A DNA stretch of 63,056 bases, the filler included, from Sluysia triapertura (lineage: Eukaryota), in NCBI GenBank assembly GCA_046118255.1. It is 5 parts of 5 records of this genome, joined end to end, with 100 filler letters (N's around TTAATTAATTAA, not from the genome) between each part and the next. Parts side by side here need not be neighbours in the genome. Positions count along the whole stretch, not along the records: positions 37,667 to 52,165 come from JBJNIA010256852.1; 4 more parts are not named here. One strand, written 5' to 3'. A program made the position numbers and the translations under genes. Below, piece after piece: positions 37,831 through 50,987 of the stretch; position 1 is the stretch's first letter; every line of letters starts with the position of its first letter. The notes beneath the pieces were generated by a model that saw only the letters and a list, made by a program, of their open reading frames with translations, ran no database searches and was not told the origin of the DNA.

Positions 37831-39201
37831 ACTTCGTTTTGTTGTTAAGGGACTGAAAACATGGTTGTTAAAATAAAATAAAGGTAATACTTTAAAGAAA
37901 TTGAACTATTAAGTTATAAAATGATAAAGTCCTAGAATATAGATTCCAAGAAGTAATTAGAAAATTTTTTTTGAAATTACTAAAAGCACTTCTACTTCGG
38001 ACATTCGAGACAAGTATGCAGATTAATACCTCCAGACAGTATAATATAATTAATATAAAGCTTGAGATTCAAAAAATCGCATACCACATAAATTCTACTC
38101 GAGATTATCATTTTTCATGCTTCCAAATAAGACAAGTACAGAGTATAAATATTATCAAAAAGGAAATTTACATAGTAACCGAGGAAATACATAAGTTTTA
38201 GTAAATTTAATTACATTCAAACAAAATAAAATGTACAATAATAAAATTTCATACATTCACATACCATTTTAAATTTTACATTGTCATATTATTAATATTA
38301 CAAAATCATTGTTTTTAGTATTTGATATTATTATTAATGAGCACACATTATTTTTGATCCGCATTGCAGATAAGAACCGAATATTGCAATCTTGCACGTA
38401 TATCGACTTTTATTATCTTACTTTTCGAATTTCTGTTTAGAAGAAAACATTATTATCAGTGAAAATATTCATTTATACTTTTCAACAGAAATAATATCAA
38501 TATCAATAAAACTCTATCCCGCTTGAATTAACTCGAATTAATTTATTATAATTATTATAATCTTTAGTATTTTTATATTTTAACCTTAACAATATAATAT
38601 AATTTATAAAAAATATGCTTTAGGTTTTTCATATTAACATTTAAGAATGTTTTATGTAAATTTATTTGTTTACATAATTTGTAATTATCAATCTATGTCG
38701 ATATCAAAGTTCTCATTTTTATAAAACAAATTAATCTACGTATTCATTATTATTATGATTATACTTAAGTCAGTATTTATTGAAGTTTATCATTGTTAAA
38801 GTAATGGAGTGACTTCTATTTTTAGATCTTCAACTAACGTTAAATTTGAATTATATACTAAATTGGTTTAAAATTAGACATCATTTTGATATTAAGAATT
38901 GAATAATTATTTTACTATCTTAGAAATTATGCACATTGTATTTCTAAAATAAAATTTTTTAAACCATAATAATATTTTGGTATTAGCTTTACTTTGGGGA
39001 CATGTAGTTTAATTTTAACATTCTTAATCTGTGGATATATTTTTTGAAATTACAATAGGTTTCACATTCGTAGTTTTACAAAGCATTATTTTCCAATTTT
39101 TTTGATAAATGATAAGTTACAACTAATTTTTTGTTATTTCCAAAATTCTTTTAGTTATATGAAAAATTACATTGTATAATGGATTATGTTATTTAATTAT
39201 A

Positions 39202-39354
39202 TTAACCTTCTATGGGCCCATGTAACTTTCAGGTCACAAGTTAATAACGAATAACAATATTAATGGCGGTTGGCAGCATCGTAAACCTGAAATTTCAAAA
39301 ATAAATAATTTTTTATATTTAAGAAAAAAATTCGGTCCATAGAGAGTAAGTTAA
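39202..39354. mobile_element. Small inverted-repeat element (piggyBac-like MITE)
   Basis: TTAA-CCTTCTATGGGCC ... GGTCCATAGAG..TTAA ends; inner TTTCAGGT/ACCTGAAA inverted pair. Confidence 0.45.
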
Positions 39355-40549
39355 ATCTTAAATGTGTTTGATTATTTTCAGTATAGAATGTTATTCGTTG
39401 AGCCCTTATAAATGTGGAAAAAAGGATCATTTTAGTAATTTACGAAATAAAAACAACTTTGTTGATACAATTTACTGATAATATCAAATTTTAATTATAA
39501 ATTTTGTTTTTTGATATACCATAAATGTATAAATAAACGTTTAACCTTATGTTACATAATAAATTAGTATTTAATCTTTTGTAAGATTCTTCAGTTCACA
39601 AATATAAACTAATTTAATTTTCAGAATTCAATGTTATCAAAAAAATGAATCTGGATTTATTTATCGTAAACATGCTCTGCTTTTGTGATAGTATGATTTT
39701 TAATAAATGTTTTCATTATTTTTATTGTGTACAAAAATTAATTTTTTTATTTTTTTAATCAATAGGTTTATCAATTAAAAATTTTCTATTTCTTTGGTTG
39801 ATATATTATTCATATAATCCTTTAAGTCATGATAAGTTGTTTAGAAATTTTAATTTAACACTAAACACACCGTTGGTCTATCTATAACTTATTCTTTTCT
39901 TATTAGAATAAGGTGTATTCTTACCATCACGGGTCAAATGACCTATGTCTATAAAATCCTATCTTTTATGTTATAGATCGAATTATTTCATTTGAAACTG
40001 TTGTATTTATATCAAATTAAACATTTTTATTAATAATTATTATGGTTTTTCCTTATTTTGATGTAGAATAAAACAACAAAGTTTATTTTTTATATTTATT
40101 TATTTAACAAATATATATTGAACTTGTAAATGTTATTAAATACTTTTGTCTTGTTTTGTCTTATGCTTAGATGGAATTGTGGACAAATTTGATTGCCTAG
40201 GTTCTAAACACTTAAAAAACGTTAAAATTCAAGCTATTCTCAAAATCAAATAATATAAAGTAAACTCGCTAAAAGTTTATTTGTCAAATGTAAGTAACAA
40301 ATACAAAGTCTACAAAAATAGTTCGGATAATATTCACAATATAAAATGTACCGCACGTAGTTATATTTAGGGTGCTTATAAATTTCTTTTATGATTAAAT
40401 TTAAATTTAGCACTTTAGTGATTTTAAATGTTATTCTGATGAACGTTCACAGTCAAAATCAAATATTAATGTATTTTAAGTTGTGAAATATCAATTATTC
40501 AAATACCTTGACTCGGATATAATAAATACCTTTAACTCGAACAGTAATG

Positions 40550-40660
40550 GAAACCAAATCGAAACTTGAAACCAAATCGAAACTTGAAACCAAATCGATG
40601 CCAATTAAATATTAAAACCGAATCGATACCAAATTAAATACTTGAAACTAAATCGATACC
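40550..40660 (+). repeat. 18-bp tandem repeat GAAACCAAATCGAAACTT, degenerating 3'
   Basis: Two-and-a-half near-perfect units, then diverged copies. Confidence 0.85.
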
Positions 40661-41449
40661 TTGTACCATGTGTTGATAAAACCCGTCTATTTATACCTGA
40701 TTTCTTCCATAATAACATTTTTCAATTTTTGCAACACAGTAATACATAGTATAATCACTTTTTTAATATTATTTCATTTACACTATAGTTTGATTTCATA
40801 TATACTATAGTCTGTTATTATTTGATAGGATATATGTTATTATTTTTCTCTTTTAATTTTAATTACTATTATCTTACTCACTTATAGTTTATTATTATGT
40901 TATTATTTTTTTATTTAATAATTAAATTTTATATGTAAAATGATTAATTTAAATTGGAAATGAAGATTTGAAATGAATTTTTTATTTTATTTTATTTACA
41001 TTTATATTAATATTTATTTTATTTACAGTATCATAGAAACAGCTTTAAAACTATCTTAAAAAGACAGATAAAACATCATAAAACTTTAATAATTGGTTTG
41101 TTTTTTAATATATACTTTTTATAACCACCGAAAAATAGTCAAATCGACTACGAAGACTATCAAAATTTTAACAAGGAGAGCTCAATGTATTTCTAAGTAA
41201 AAATAATTCTGCAAGCCTCCACTTAAGACCACTGCTATAGTACATAATACATTTTTCAACTGATCAATTAAACACAATAAAACACCATACTTGATATCGA
41301 TTTAGCTAGCTTTATTTGATTCAGAAGTATTTTTTGAAAGAAAAAACCACAATAAAATTTTATAAATGATGTTTTTAAAAATAATTTAAAATTATTAAAG
41401 CATTTCAATTTAATGAAAGTATAACTATTTATTCTATCGTAAATAGTAG

Positions 41450-42700
41450 AAACTTATTTAAATATTCAACATTGCATTTTCCTCTACAACCCCAATGTTT
41501 ATTATAGCTTTTAGTTTTTCAAAAGAAATAAAGTTTTATGTTTTATAATTTCAAAAATAAATTTTGATCATTACAATAATTTTTGTATATTTTAAAAATA
41601 GTTGATAGTAGCTTAGTGAAACTTTGAAAATATACATATTTTAATAAATCATCCACTAATATTTGTTATAATTTGTTGATTATGAAGATGTGACGTTACG
41701 AATCATCATCATGAGATTATACAATGTTATTACTGTCAAGTTTTGGGTCATACTGCTCATAATTCCATGTATACATCAAATTATCCAATTTGTTTATACT
41801 GTTCTGAAAACCACAGAGGAAAAATGAACAGTTATACAAGTTCATAAATTATGTCAAAAGTCAATGATTTTAATCATGCATCTAATTCTCATAAATGTCC
41901 AGAATATATGTAATTTTTAAAAATAAGATAAATTATGACTCTAAATCAAAAAACTAAGATTGTATAAAAGTCTGAAAAGCTCTAAAAAGTGATTATATAT
42001 TTAAATGTGATAAAATATTTAATTTATTTTTAATATTTAAATTAGTATTTATTTTTCATACATGTTGAACATTTAGAATTATTATTATTATTAGAATTAG
42101 TAGTTACATATAAATAAATAAATAATTAATTTTGAAAACGCTAGAGAAGTTTTAATAAAAATGAATTAAGAATACTAAGTATATTCAATTTAATGAATCG
42201 CGCAAAATTTAAAACTCATAAGTGTGTGAATATCTTAGATTTATTAATAACCAGTATTGATAGTAAAATTGTTGCGGATGTGAAAATGAATGAACTATTA
42301 GATATATTCTGATCATTATTTATTTACTTTTAAGGTAGAATTTAAAATTACAAATTGTATCACTTATCAAAAAATGACATCCGAGAAATACTAACTTTGA
42401 AAAAATAATACATTTTACAAATTATATAGATACATTAAGAAAATTATACAACAGAACGTTATCTTTTTATTTTGATAAGCATAACTTTAAAATTCAAAAA
42501 AATGGTATTAATGAGAAACTATAAAGAATAAAAAGATGCAACGAAAGGAAATGGATAAAACTGATGAAACAAAGAAAGAATATATATAATCTCGCAATAT
42601 TTTATTCCAAGCTATTAGAAAGAAAAATGTGGACTTCTATAAGGAACCATATATAATCAATGGTTTGTATCATATTTACAAGAAATAAAACAAAATCTTT
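41450..42700 (+). mobile_element. Decayed non-LTR retrotransposon (ORF1 zinc knuckles plus ORF2-like remnants)
   Basis: 41714-41910 reads IIQCYYCQVLGHTAHN..PICLYCSENH..NHASNSHKCPEY (LINE ORF1 multi-knuckle pattern). Lys/Arg-rich ERKWIK-type remnant ~42540. Limits approximate. Confidence 0.7.
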
Positions 42701-43004
42701 TATTAAATAATTTATTGGCTATAATAAAAGTTAAATAAACTGTATAAAATAGAATAGGAATTGATCATAAATCCAACTTGATACAATAAAATTTAACGCA
42801 ATAATTATGTGCTGCTTTATAGGAATTCTTGTTATATGGGGACTCCCGAATGTAGTACGCAACTATCACGGAATACAAAGCTAACATAAACATACAAACA
42901 TGGAACACTAAAAATAGTTTAATTATCATTGATAAATGTCGAACTCACCATGGATAATAATAAAATTAAAAGTTTCATTAATGTCTTGTATGAGGTTTGT
43001 CGCA

Positions 43005-43052
43005 ATTTTATCATCGCGCTATTAAGGTTCGTATTATATGGAGATCCACTGT
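43005..43052 (-). mobile_element. Pogo/Tigger-like terminal inverted repeat end
   Basis: TA-CAGTGGATCTCCATATAATACGAACC on the - strand. Confidence 0.4.
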
Positions 43053-43867
43053 AATCACCATATTGAAAGTAAAAACAATAAATAAAAACGTCTGCTTTTA
43101 TTACAATTCGAATAATTTAAGTTAATATAATATAAACATCAAAAATAAAATTTTCTACTACGAAAATACTTTCAAATGGAAGTTTAACAGAAAATAATTT
43201 TGACAGAAATAATTAGATGCAAGGTTTACTAAAAAAACATTCCCAGTTTAACAAAAAACTGAACTTTGTAAACGTAAGCGTAATGTAAAATTTTAATCAG
43301 CTAATATAATAATTGCTTGAAAACAACTATGGCCGACAAAAATATTTCCTTTAATAAAAACGGACCATAATGAATACAGTGTTTACTAGTGTGCATTAAT
43401 GCAATCTCCCAATCAACAACAAAATATAACATTCTACTAAACAGCTAAGAACCTTTTTGTACGAATATTAATGTCTTGAACATGTCAAAAGGTTTCCTCA
43501 AAAAATTTTAAAAATGCGTGATAATTTCAGTTTTTAGACATGCAAATTATGTTTATTTGATTAAGGCAGCATCAAATAATTTTAAAAAAGTGCGTTTTTG
43601 CGCAATATGAGGAAAAAAAGTGTACGTCAACGTGTTAATTGGATTACTTTCTTTAATTTAAGTTATGAATTCAAAAATTTATTCAAAAATAGCTTAATTT
43701 TAAATTAATAATTAAAAATGTATAAATTATTTTTAATAATTTATTAAATTTAAATTTTTTCATAATTTAAATCCATGTCTATAATCTCGCTTACTTTTGA
43801 AAAAACTAAAATATTGCCGGTAGCACAAATATTAAATTTAAAATATATTATCAAATTTTGTCTATAT

Positions 43868-45112
43868 TTAAAAATATACCACCATAAAGGTTTTTTCATC
43901 TTCGTCTTGTGGAATATTTCTTTTATTAAAATGCTGAAAAGCAATTTTAGATGTTTTCAAAATTTCGGAAAGTTCTACATTTTCTTCTTTATCGGCACGT
44001 AAGTAATAACTTCGATGCATTTGAATTAATTGAAATTCGAGAATTTTCAAATAATTATCTCTATCTACTTTTGCAATTGAATTACTACTTTTATTATTTT
44101 TATTTTCTTCCATTTCTATATAAATATTTGACAAAAATATATATTTAGGAACTTTAATGTATATGTTTTCATATTTTTCCCAATGAAAATCAGTATCATC
44201 CAAAATGCAAGTCATTGAAATAGGAAATTTTTCCGAAAGACTTTCTAACCAATAATATTTTTTCCATAATCCATCATCATCTTTTTCTAATGAAGAATTA
44301 AAAGCTCTTCCAATGTCTTTTTGACTGTAAATACGACCCTTAAAATATTTTCCTTCTGGGTCAATGAACTTTACAATATAGCTCGCATAAACTCTATCAG
44401 ACATTGTACAAACAATCATCTCAAATGATGGTTCTAATTTTTCAAGAAATTTTCTCAAACCTGGCCTTAATACAGTATAACTTTTCATTTCATGGAAAAA
44501 ACACAAAAAATCTGATTCTTTATTAGTATTCAATTTTTTAATAGAATCGGTGCATATAGTATTAATAATAGTTAAATCTAAATCTATAATTAACAACAAT
44601 TTTCGATTATTTATTAGATCCGATTTAATACATGAATTTTCGTATTCAACAGGATACATTATTTCAAATAAACGAAATATTAAAATAAATAAAATCAAAA
44701 CAAAAATCAAACCATTCTCATGACCTTGAATTGTTCGATTTATAAATTCATTACATGTGCAAATTAAAACTCCAGCATTATTTGAATAGGGATCATTATA
44801 GATTTGATTTGATGCATTGCCTAAACTTTGTGATCGAACTAAATTATCACGCTCCATGACATGAAATGAACGTGAATCACTTCGATTTATTAAACTTATG
44901 TAATTAATATAACTGTTCATATCTGATACTAAATTGTAATAAAGTACTAAAGGTCGTTGATTATAAAATCCATTAATATCTGCAGAGTAATACAATGGAT
45001 TTTTATTAGAATTATCTAATCTATCACTTAATCCCGCACATAGAGAACATCTATAAGGAGTATTATATTCCATAACATGGATGTGACATGATTTGAAAAT
45101 TAGACATTGCTC
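43868..45112 (-). CDS. FCP1: RNA polymerase II CTD phosphatase FCP1/CTDP1-like (HAD family), no BRCT domain in the ORF
   Basis: 401-aa ORF with KLLLIIDLDLTII (DxDxT), LRPGLRKFLE, YFKGRIYS, ILDD, DRDNYLKILE..H..YY. The frame extends upstream to an AG acceptor near 45112 (CHIHVM..CSLC, FCP1-like N-terminal Cys/His motif). Confidence 0.9.
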   Translation of the reverse strand, partial: EQCLIFKSCHIHVMEYNTPYRCSLCAGLSDRLDNSNKNPLYYSADINGFYNQRPLVLYYNLVSDMNSYINYISLINRSDSRSFHVMERDNLVRSQSLGNASNQIYNDPYSNNAGVLICTCNEFINRTIQGHENGLIFVLILFILIFRLFEIMYPVEYENSCIKSDLINNRKLLLIIDLDLTIINTICTDSIKKLNTNKESDFLCFFHEMKSYTVLRPGLRKFLEKLEPSFEMIVCTMSDRVYASYIVKFIDPEGKYFKGRIYSQKDIGRAFNSSLEKDDDGLWKKYYWLESLSEKFPISMTCILDDTDFHWEKYENIYIKVPKYIFLSNIYIEMEENKNNKSSNSIAKVDRDNYLKILEFQLIQMHRSYYLRADKEENVELSEILKTSKIAFQHFNKRNIPQDEDEKTFMVVYF

Positions 45113-45552
45113 TAATATTAAAAAATAGTGTTTACCGTTTACAGTAACAAATATTAAATGTTAATATAGATTATTATGAGATAATTATAATATTTCACAC
45201 TGTAGAAAATAAAGCTAAAAAGCGAAAATTTATTTTATATTGTACTTTAATAGATAAAAAATAATATTTGTTTAACAAACAAATTTTAATGTTTTTTCTT
45301 TTTAAAATTAATAACTAAATAATTACTCATATTTAAAATAGAATATTTATTTTAGTAAACGCTTTTCACTTTGTAAAACAATAAATTAATTGTTTGTTAT
45401 TTTTAAATTTTGTTAGTCGACTTTTTTTAATGATTTAATTACAAAAATGTATATAATTTAATAATAATGTAAAAAAATTAATAAAATAATTTAAAAATCT
45501 AGACCTAATTGTGACAAAAATGAAATTAGCAACATAAAATATTTAAATTATA

Positions 45553-45873
45553 ATGAAAAAATATTTTGGTTCTAAAAAAATTTTTGATATATTTTCTAAA
45601 AAACATCATAAAGAAACGGTACCTGAATTTAAAAAAAATGAAAAAGTAGTTGGAACCATAGTGGTATATTTTTATTTTTTATAATTATTTTGTTAGTTTA
45701 ATCATGGATCTAATCAAGCTATGATGAAAAGAATAATTGATCAAAGTTTAGTGGGAACTAAATTGATTGATAAAGCTGTCATTTGTACACATACTGGAGA
45801 AATTATAGCATGTAATCCAATAGATTATACTCCTTCGGTGCAGCAAATTGAAATTATTTACAACGGATTTGAG
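45553..45873 (+). CDS. Profilin-like protein, exons 1-2 (intron 45664-45696), N-terminally extended
   Basis: In-frame splice gives MKKYFGSKK..VGTIV|FNHGSNQAMMKRIIDQSLVGTKLIDKAVICTHTGEIIA..SVQQIEIIYNGFE|gt. IDQSLVGT..IDKAVI...G.I.A is the profilin N-terminal pattern. Confidence 0.75.
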
Positions 45874-46320
45874 GTAATTAAATTATAATGAAAAATATGT
45901 AAATAAATAATTACCTAAACGTTATTAATGTATAATACTAATAATGTTTAAATAATAATTTAATAAACATTAATGCATACTCTTTATGGCATCACATTTT
46001 ATTTAATATTCTAAAATTTGTACAAAAAATGAAATAATTTTGAGTTTACATAAGATGTAATCATTAGAAGCATCAAAACTGTGTTATTAAAGTCCGGCGT
46101 TGCCTATAATATCTGCTTAGTTAATTCGCTACAATTGCCTCACCAGACAATCATCGTGTATCTATTTAGTTGTGTTCGCCACGATCTCGTACAAACAATT
46201 ATCATAAACTGATAATGAACACTCATTTCACATTTGTGACGCTGGGCTCAGGCAAGAAGATTGTTATATATAACCATATATACAAATGGTTAAGATTCAT
46301 TATGTACTACCTCACATTAT

Positions 46321-46481
46321 TGATATAAATTTGTTGGGTTAAAAAGGCCTAAAGTGGCATTTGGTAAAATTGACTATAATAAAATAAAATTGTTAGACGG
46401 GGCTGATAACTCAGTGGTAGAGCAATCGAACTGCGCAGTGATGGTTCGATTTCCGGTCAGTCCACTTTACGAAGTCTAACA
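46321..46481 (+). mobile_element. tRNA-derived repeat (SINE-like), copy 1
   Basis: A box TAACTCAGTGGTAGAGC, B box GGTTCGATTTCC; core framed by TGTTAGAC/GTCTAACA; conserved upstream flank shared with 53155 and 57326. Confidence 0.8.
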
Positions 46482-47581
46482 CATTTTTGAAGTAAATAAG
46501 TTTTTATTTAATAACTTAATATTTTACAAAATCATTTTCTTTCTTGGAGGTTAGATTTTAATCTATTTATTGTTTCATAAATAATCCATATTTTAAATTA
46601 ACATTTAAAATTAACAATAACTAAAAACTCGATGATTGTTTAAATTTTATTGACACTTCAAAATTTTAATTTATTTACATTTTCATTTTCTATTTATCAT
46701 ACATTGATTTTCACCATTAAGGTTTTTTAATAAAAATTATAACAAATATAAATTTACGAATAAAATTTTTAAATTCAAAAGTAAAAATACTGTCAGTTAT
46801 TTTAGTCACTAATAAAACACAATTTTCAATCATGTAAAATTTAATTGGTTTTTTTGTTAATAGTTTGTGAACTGTTTAACAACTTTAATGCTTATAAATA
46901 AAAATCGATTTTATATTTACCATAATGTTTGGCAATAAACGATATGCTACATTATTGTTTTGTCCTTTTTTTGTATTGTTTTTCTTAATAATAAAAAAAT
47001 TAATTTGAATACAGACAGAAACATTAGTAAGCAAAACTTTTTATAGATTATACATTTTTAAATTAAAAATTATTTTCAATAAAATGATGTATTGTGTAAA
47101 ATTATTTTATAATCAGAATGCATACATTCTGTAGAATTTTTTTGTTAATTTAAACAGTAATTTACATAATTTTATTTAAAGTTATGGACTTTTCAAGTTT
47201 TATTTCCATTATGATAAGCAGTTTATTATTTAGTTTCATTTATGGTGGTTTTATGTATAATGATGGCGAGTTTTTTATGTGTTGGATGTGACGAATATGT
47301 TGAGTATGTTGAATACGTTGATGAATTGATGTTCTTATGCATTAAGTTGATGAATAATGTTTATAATCGAGGAAGTAATTATGTCTGATTGACACTAACT
47401 CCAAGGTATGTATTCATAATCTTTATAGTGATGATCATAGAACAAATAATCATATGGTTCATATATTAGATTAATGTAGTAATATAGAATATTATTAATG
47501 CCATAGAAATGAGAGATTAATGTTTGATTCGAGAATTTAGATATGTGCCTTGGTTTAATATTTAATCTGGAATAATTCTTT

Positions 47582-47872
47582 TGTTAGACTTGTGGGAATA
47601 ATTAGAGATAAAATAGAATAAAGTAGGATTTAAGGTGAGTTCACCAATGTACTAGGTATACCAGTTAGGGCTATCCGTTGGATTTTTTCTATAATTAAAA
47701 GGATTTTCATTAAGGAAAATACCTTAATGTTTGCCTAGGTTTTAAAGAATGCTCTAAAGTTAAGATCTGTGTGTATCTAATTAGTTTTTAAATTTTATAA
47801 GGACAATTAAATCTAGATCTTTAGGTATTTTAGTTATAGTACTGAAAATCGTTTATAATTTCAATTATAACA
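47582..47872 (-). mobile_element. Solo LTR related to 9209-9495
   Basis: TGTTA...TAACA termini on -; shared AAAAATCCAACGG, TGGTGAACTCAC and ACTTTATTCTA blocks; similar length; no clean TSD. Confidence 0.6.
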
Positions 47873-48378
47873 ATAAAAGTTGTTTATAAATGATTTTCGG
47901 TAATCCTATTCAAAGGATTTGGGTTTGAGATAAATAATTTTACGTTGTCAAAATTATATTTTGATCAAAAACTTTACTTCTAGTGATAAATTTACGCATT
48001 TTAAAACTATGAAAATTAATATTTATTCAATAATAATAAAGACGTTTTTTCGTGAAAGTTTATTTAACAAATACAACGATAAAAATAATAACAATAATAA
48101 ATTTAATTAATTTAGTTAATTAAATCCTCAATTTAGTTTAGAAAATAGATCTTTCGAGAAACTGTTAAAAGTTTCAATTATTGTACTGAATGTATTTTGA
48201 GTGTATTTTACGGAGATACTGTTTTAAAATGGAACCTTAAAATGAAATAAACTAACGTTACAAAATTAATTTATTGAAAGCCAAGATTGATCTGAAGTAA
48301 TATATAATGATGTGCAACTGTATTCCAAACACTTGTTAAAATTTGTGAAATCCGTATAAATTCTATATTTGTGTTAGG

Positions 48379-48536
48379 TTTCTTCTGTATAAAAGCTAAC
48401 AATTATGATCTTGCAAAAGAACGGGTTCGTCTGTATATTGCGCTTTATATCTGAGCGAAGGCGCAACTACAGATGTCAATTAAAATCAAAGAAGAGCGTG
48501 GGTCAATATCTTATAAACAATCTTATATTTCTCTAA
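48379..48536 (+). pseudogene. Candidate profilin C-terminal exon (frame-disrupted)
   Basis: TTAG acceptor, then GFFCIKAN..LYIALY and, in a shifted frame, SVGQYLINN, resembling the profilin C-terminus. Confidence 0.3.
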
Positions 48537-49929
48537 AAAATTTCTTTTTATTTCCTAAAGATTTATTAACAATTAACTTTAATACTTAAATGTTACTCAG
48601 AAGATTTCAAAATCGGTACTTTTAAATCTTGGTATTAAATCGCAAACGTTAAACTTCTTTTAATGTTAAACTTTATAAATAAACAAAATTACAAAGGCGT
48701 TAAGTTTTATTCTACAAAAATTATCAAAATTAAGTGAACAAAATATATAATTAAGAAAAGACAAACCGATATAATATGTATAATATGATTAAAAATAAAG
48801 ATTTTCAACTTTATTTTATGTTAAAAAACTTACAATTATAGTTTAGCCAGATGTGATACTTGGCTTTAAATTTAAAAAGATTTTTCTTGTGATTTTGACA
48901 CAAATTTTATAAATGTGAAAATCTTACAAGTTATCAACTTACGTATTTTCAATATATAAATTTCTCGATTTGACGAATTTTGAATAACTCCAAAATCGCG
49001 AATTATCTACCAGCGAGTAAATTCCGTAATAAATTTAAATTAATCTCCAGTAATCCGATTCCACGAAAGTCTATGTCTTCCAAACGAGTAGCTTCCACAA
49101 GAATTTTCAATAATTAAATTCCACACGAATAAATTCAACTTTTCAAAAAACAGTACTCTTGCTTAAGTTTTAAGTTGTGCAAAACTTTCACATAAATAGG
49201 TTTTTATATATGCGTTAACTTCGCTGTGAACCAAATTTTATATATATTTTATAATTATATTGTTATTTTTTACTGCATTAATTTCTCATAAAAAATTTTT
49301 TACGTGTCCATAAATCTTTTGTAAATATAATATTTTTATTACTAATATAATTCTTTTTTGTAAGTATAAAAATTTTATTAAATTATACAAATTTTTACTA
49401 ATGTAATTCTTTTGTAAATATAAAAAATTTTTATTAAATTATACAAATTTAAATTTACAATTTAAAATTTTTTACAATTTTACAAATAAAATTAGAATTA
49501 AAATTATTTACTGTTAAATTTATACAAATTTAAATTATTTACAATCTAAAAATATTTGTTTTTATTCTCTACAGTAAATATACATCGTTGTTTATGTAAG
49601 ATAGTTTTAAAAGTCAAAGTAAAAATCTAGGAAATTTTTAAATATGTTTTAAGATGTAAAATCGATAAAAGTGCGTTTGTTAAGTAACTTAATTAAATTA
49701 ATTAAAGTGATATTTTTCGAAGGATCTAAATTTAATGAAGGATCTAAAATTAAATTTGTTAGTATTGGATAGAAAACGAATGAAGAAGATGCAGAATTAA
49801 AAAACGCGGATAAATAAATTCAAAATGATAGACAAAATATAAGTGCAAGTGTTTAAACCTACTCTTACAAAATAATTATGGAGGTTAGTTCACCTAATAG
49901 ATACGACTTAAATCGGTAAAATTTAAATC

Positions 49930-50430
49930 ATTTATACACTTACTTAATATTATTTTCTTAACACTTCATATTTTACTTTTTCAGACTCATCAAAATTTTA
50001 TGTACTTCGGAGCATTTTAAAAACTATATTCTATATCACCAAATGTATATTTCAAATTTAATTTAAAACATTTCAAGTTCACAATTCTTCAACATTCACA
50101 TCATAAATATTATTGAGAAACATTAAATTTAAATCTCAAAACTATTTTCAAAATATTACTGTAATCAAATGCATTTTTTTAAAAATCTTTAATTACATTA
50201 CTACCTTTTTGTTATTTCTGCATAAATTCCGTTTAAATCTAAAATGATTAAGACAAAAAGATAGGAAACTAACAGAATTAAATAAAGAATTTAGGAATTT
50301 ATGAATTTTATTTGTAATAAGTTGTCTTATTTATTTATTATTTGTATCATTTATTTATGTTATTTTCATTTTTATATTTTTATCATTATTATTATGACCA
50401 TATTAGCCATTTTTATCATTAATTTAGCAT

Positions 50431-50498
<68 letters not shown>

Positions 50499-50755
50499 TT
50501 AATCATTATTTTTATGTTCACAAGTATTATTTACACAAATTCAATTATTATAGTCTGTCACCAGTCGACTGTTGATTTAAATTAAGTCAACATATTGTTT
50601 AGAGTGTCGACTGATGACAGTTACTGAGTGCATAATGTTAATTTTGTTTTTTGTGCCGGCTACAACATTTCATCTCAAATGTGTTTGATTGGACGTCCAA
50701 TCAGTTCTATTTTTAAGTTCTGTTTTTAGTTATTACCATTGGACGTCCAATCGAG
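49930..50755 (+). mobile_element. Structured promoter cassette, copy F (5' eroded)
   Basis: C/A-rich arm; purine run ending GGAATTTATG ~50294; (ATT)n; stem CTGTCACCAGTCGAC/GTCGACTGATGACAG 50555-50620; two ATTGGACGTCCAAT palindromes (50688, 50738). Confidence 0.8.
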
Positions 50756-50987
50756 ATCAATTATAGTTAATCAAAATCAATAAAGCAAAGTGATATACAA
50801 AAAAACGTAATTTATTATAAAAATCAATTTAAAGTAATAAACAACAATATATTGTGATAAATAAATAAAAGAAACGGCAGAATTGAGTTTAGGCATAAGT
50901 CTATTTAAGAAACAATTTCCAATTTTATAAATCTAAGATATTAGAAATCATTTAAATAATACTCATTTGCAGTAATATAAATAAAAC

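Noticed and set aside
44672-44712. Hydrophobic FCP1 segment as a retained intron
   Set aside because: No AG acceptor, and removing the 40-nt candidate shifts the frame into a stop.
46399-46464. Functional tRNA gene
   Set aside because: The anticodon arm is deleted or differs in length among the three copies; treated as a tRNA-derived repeat.
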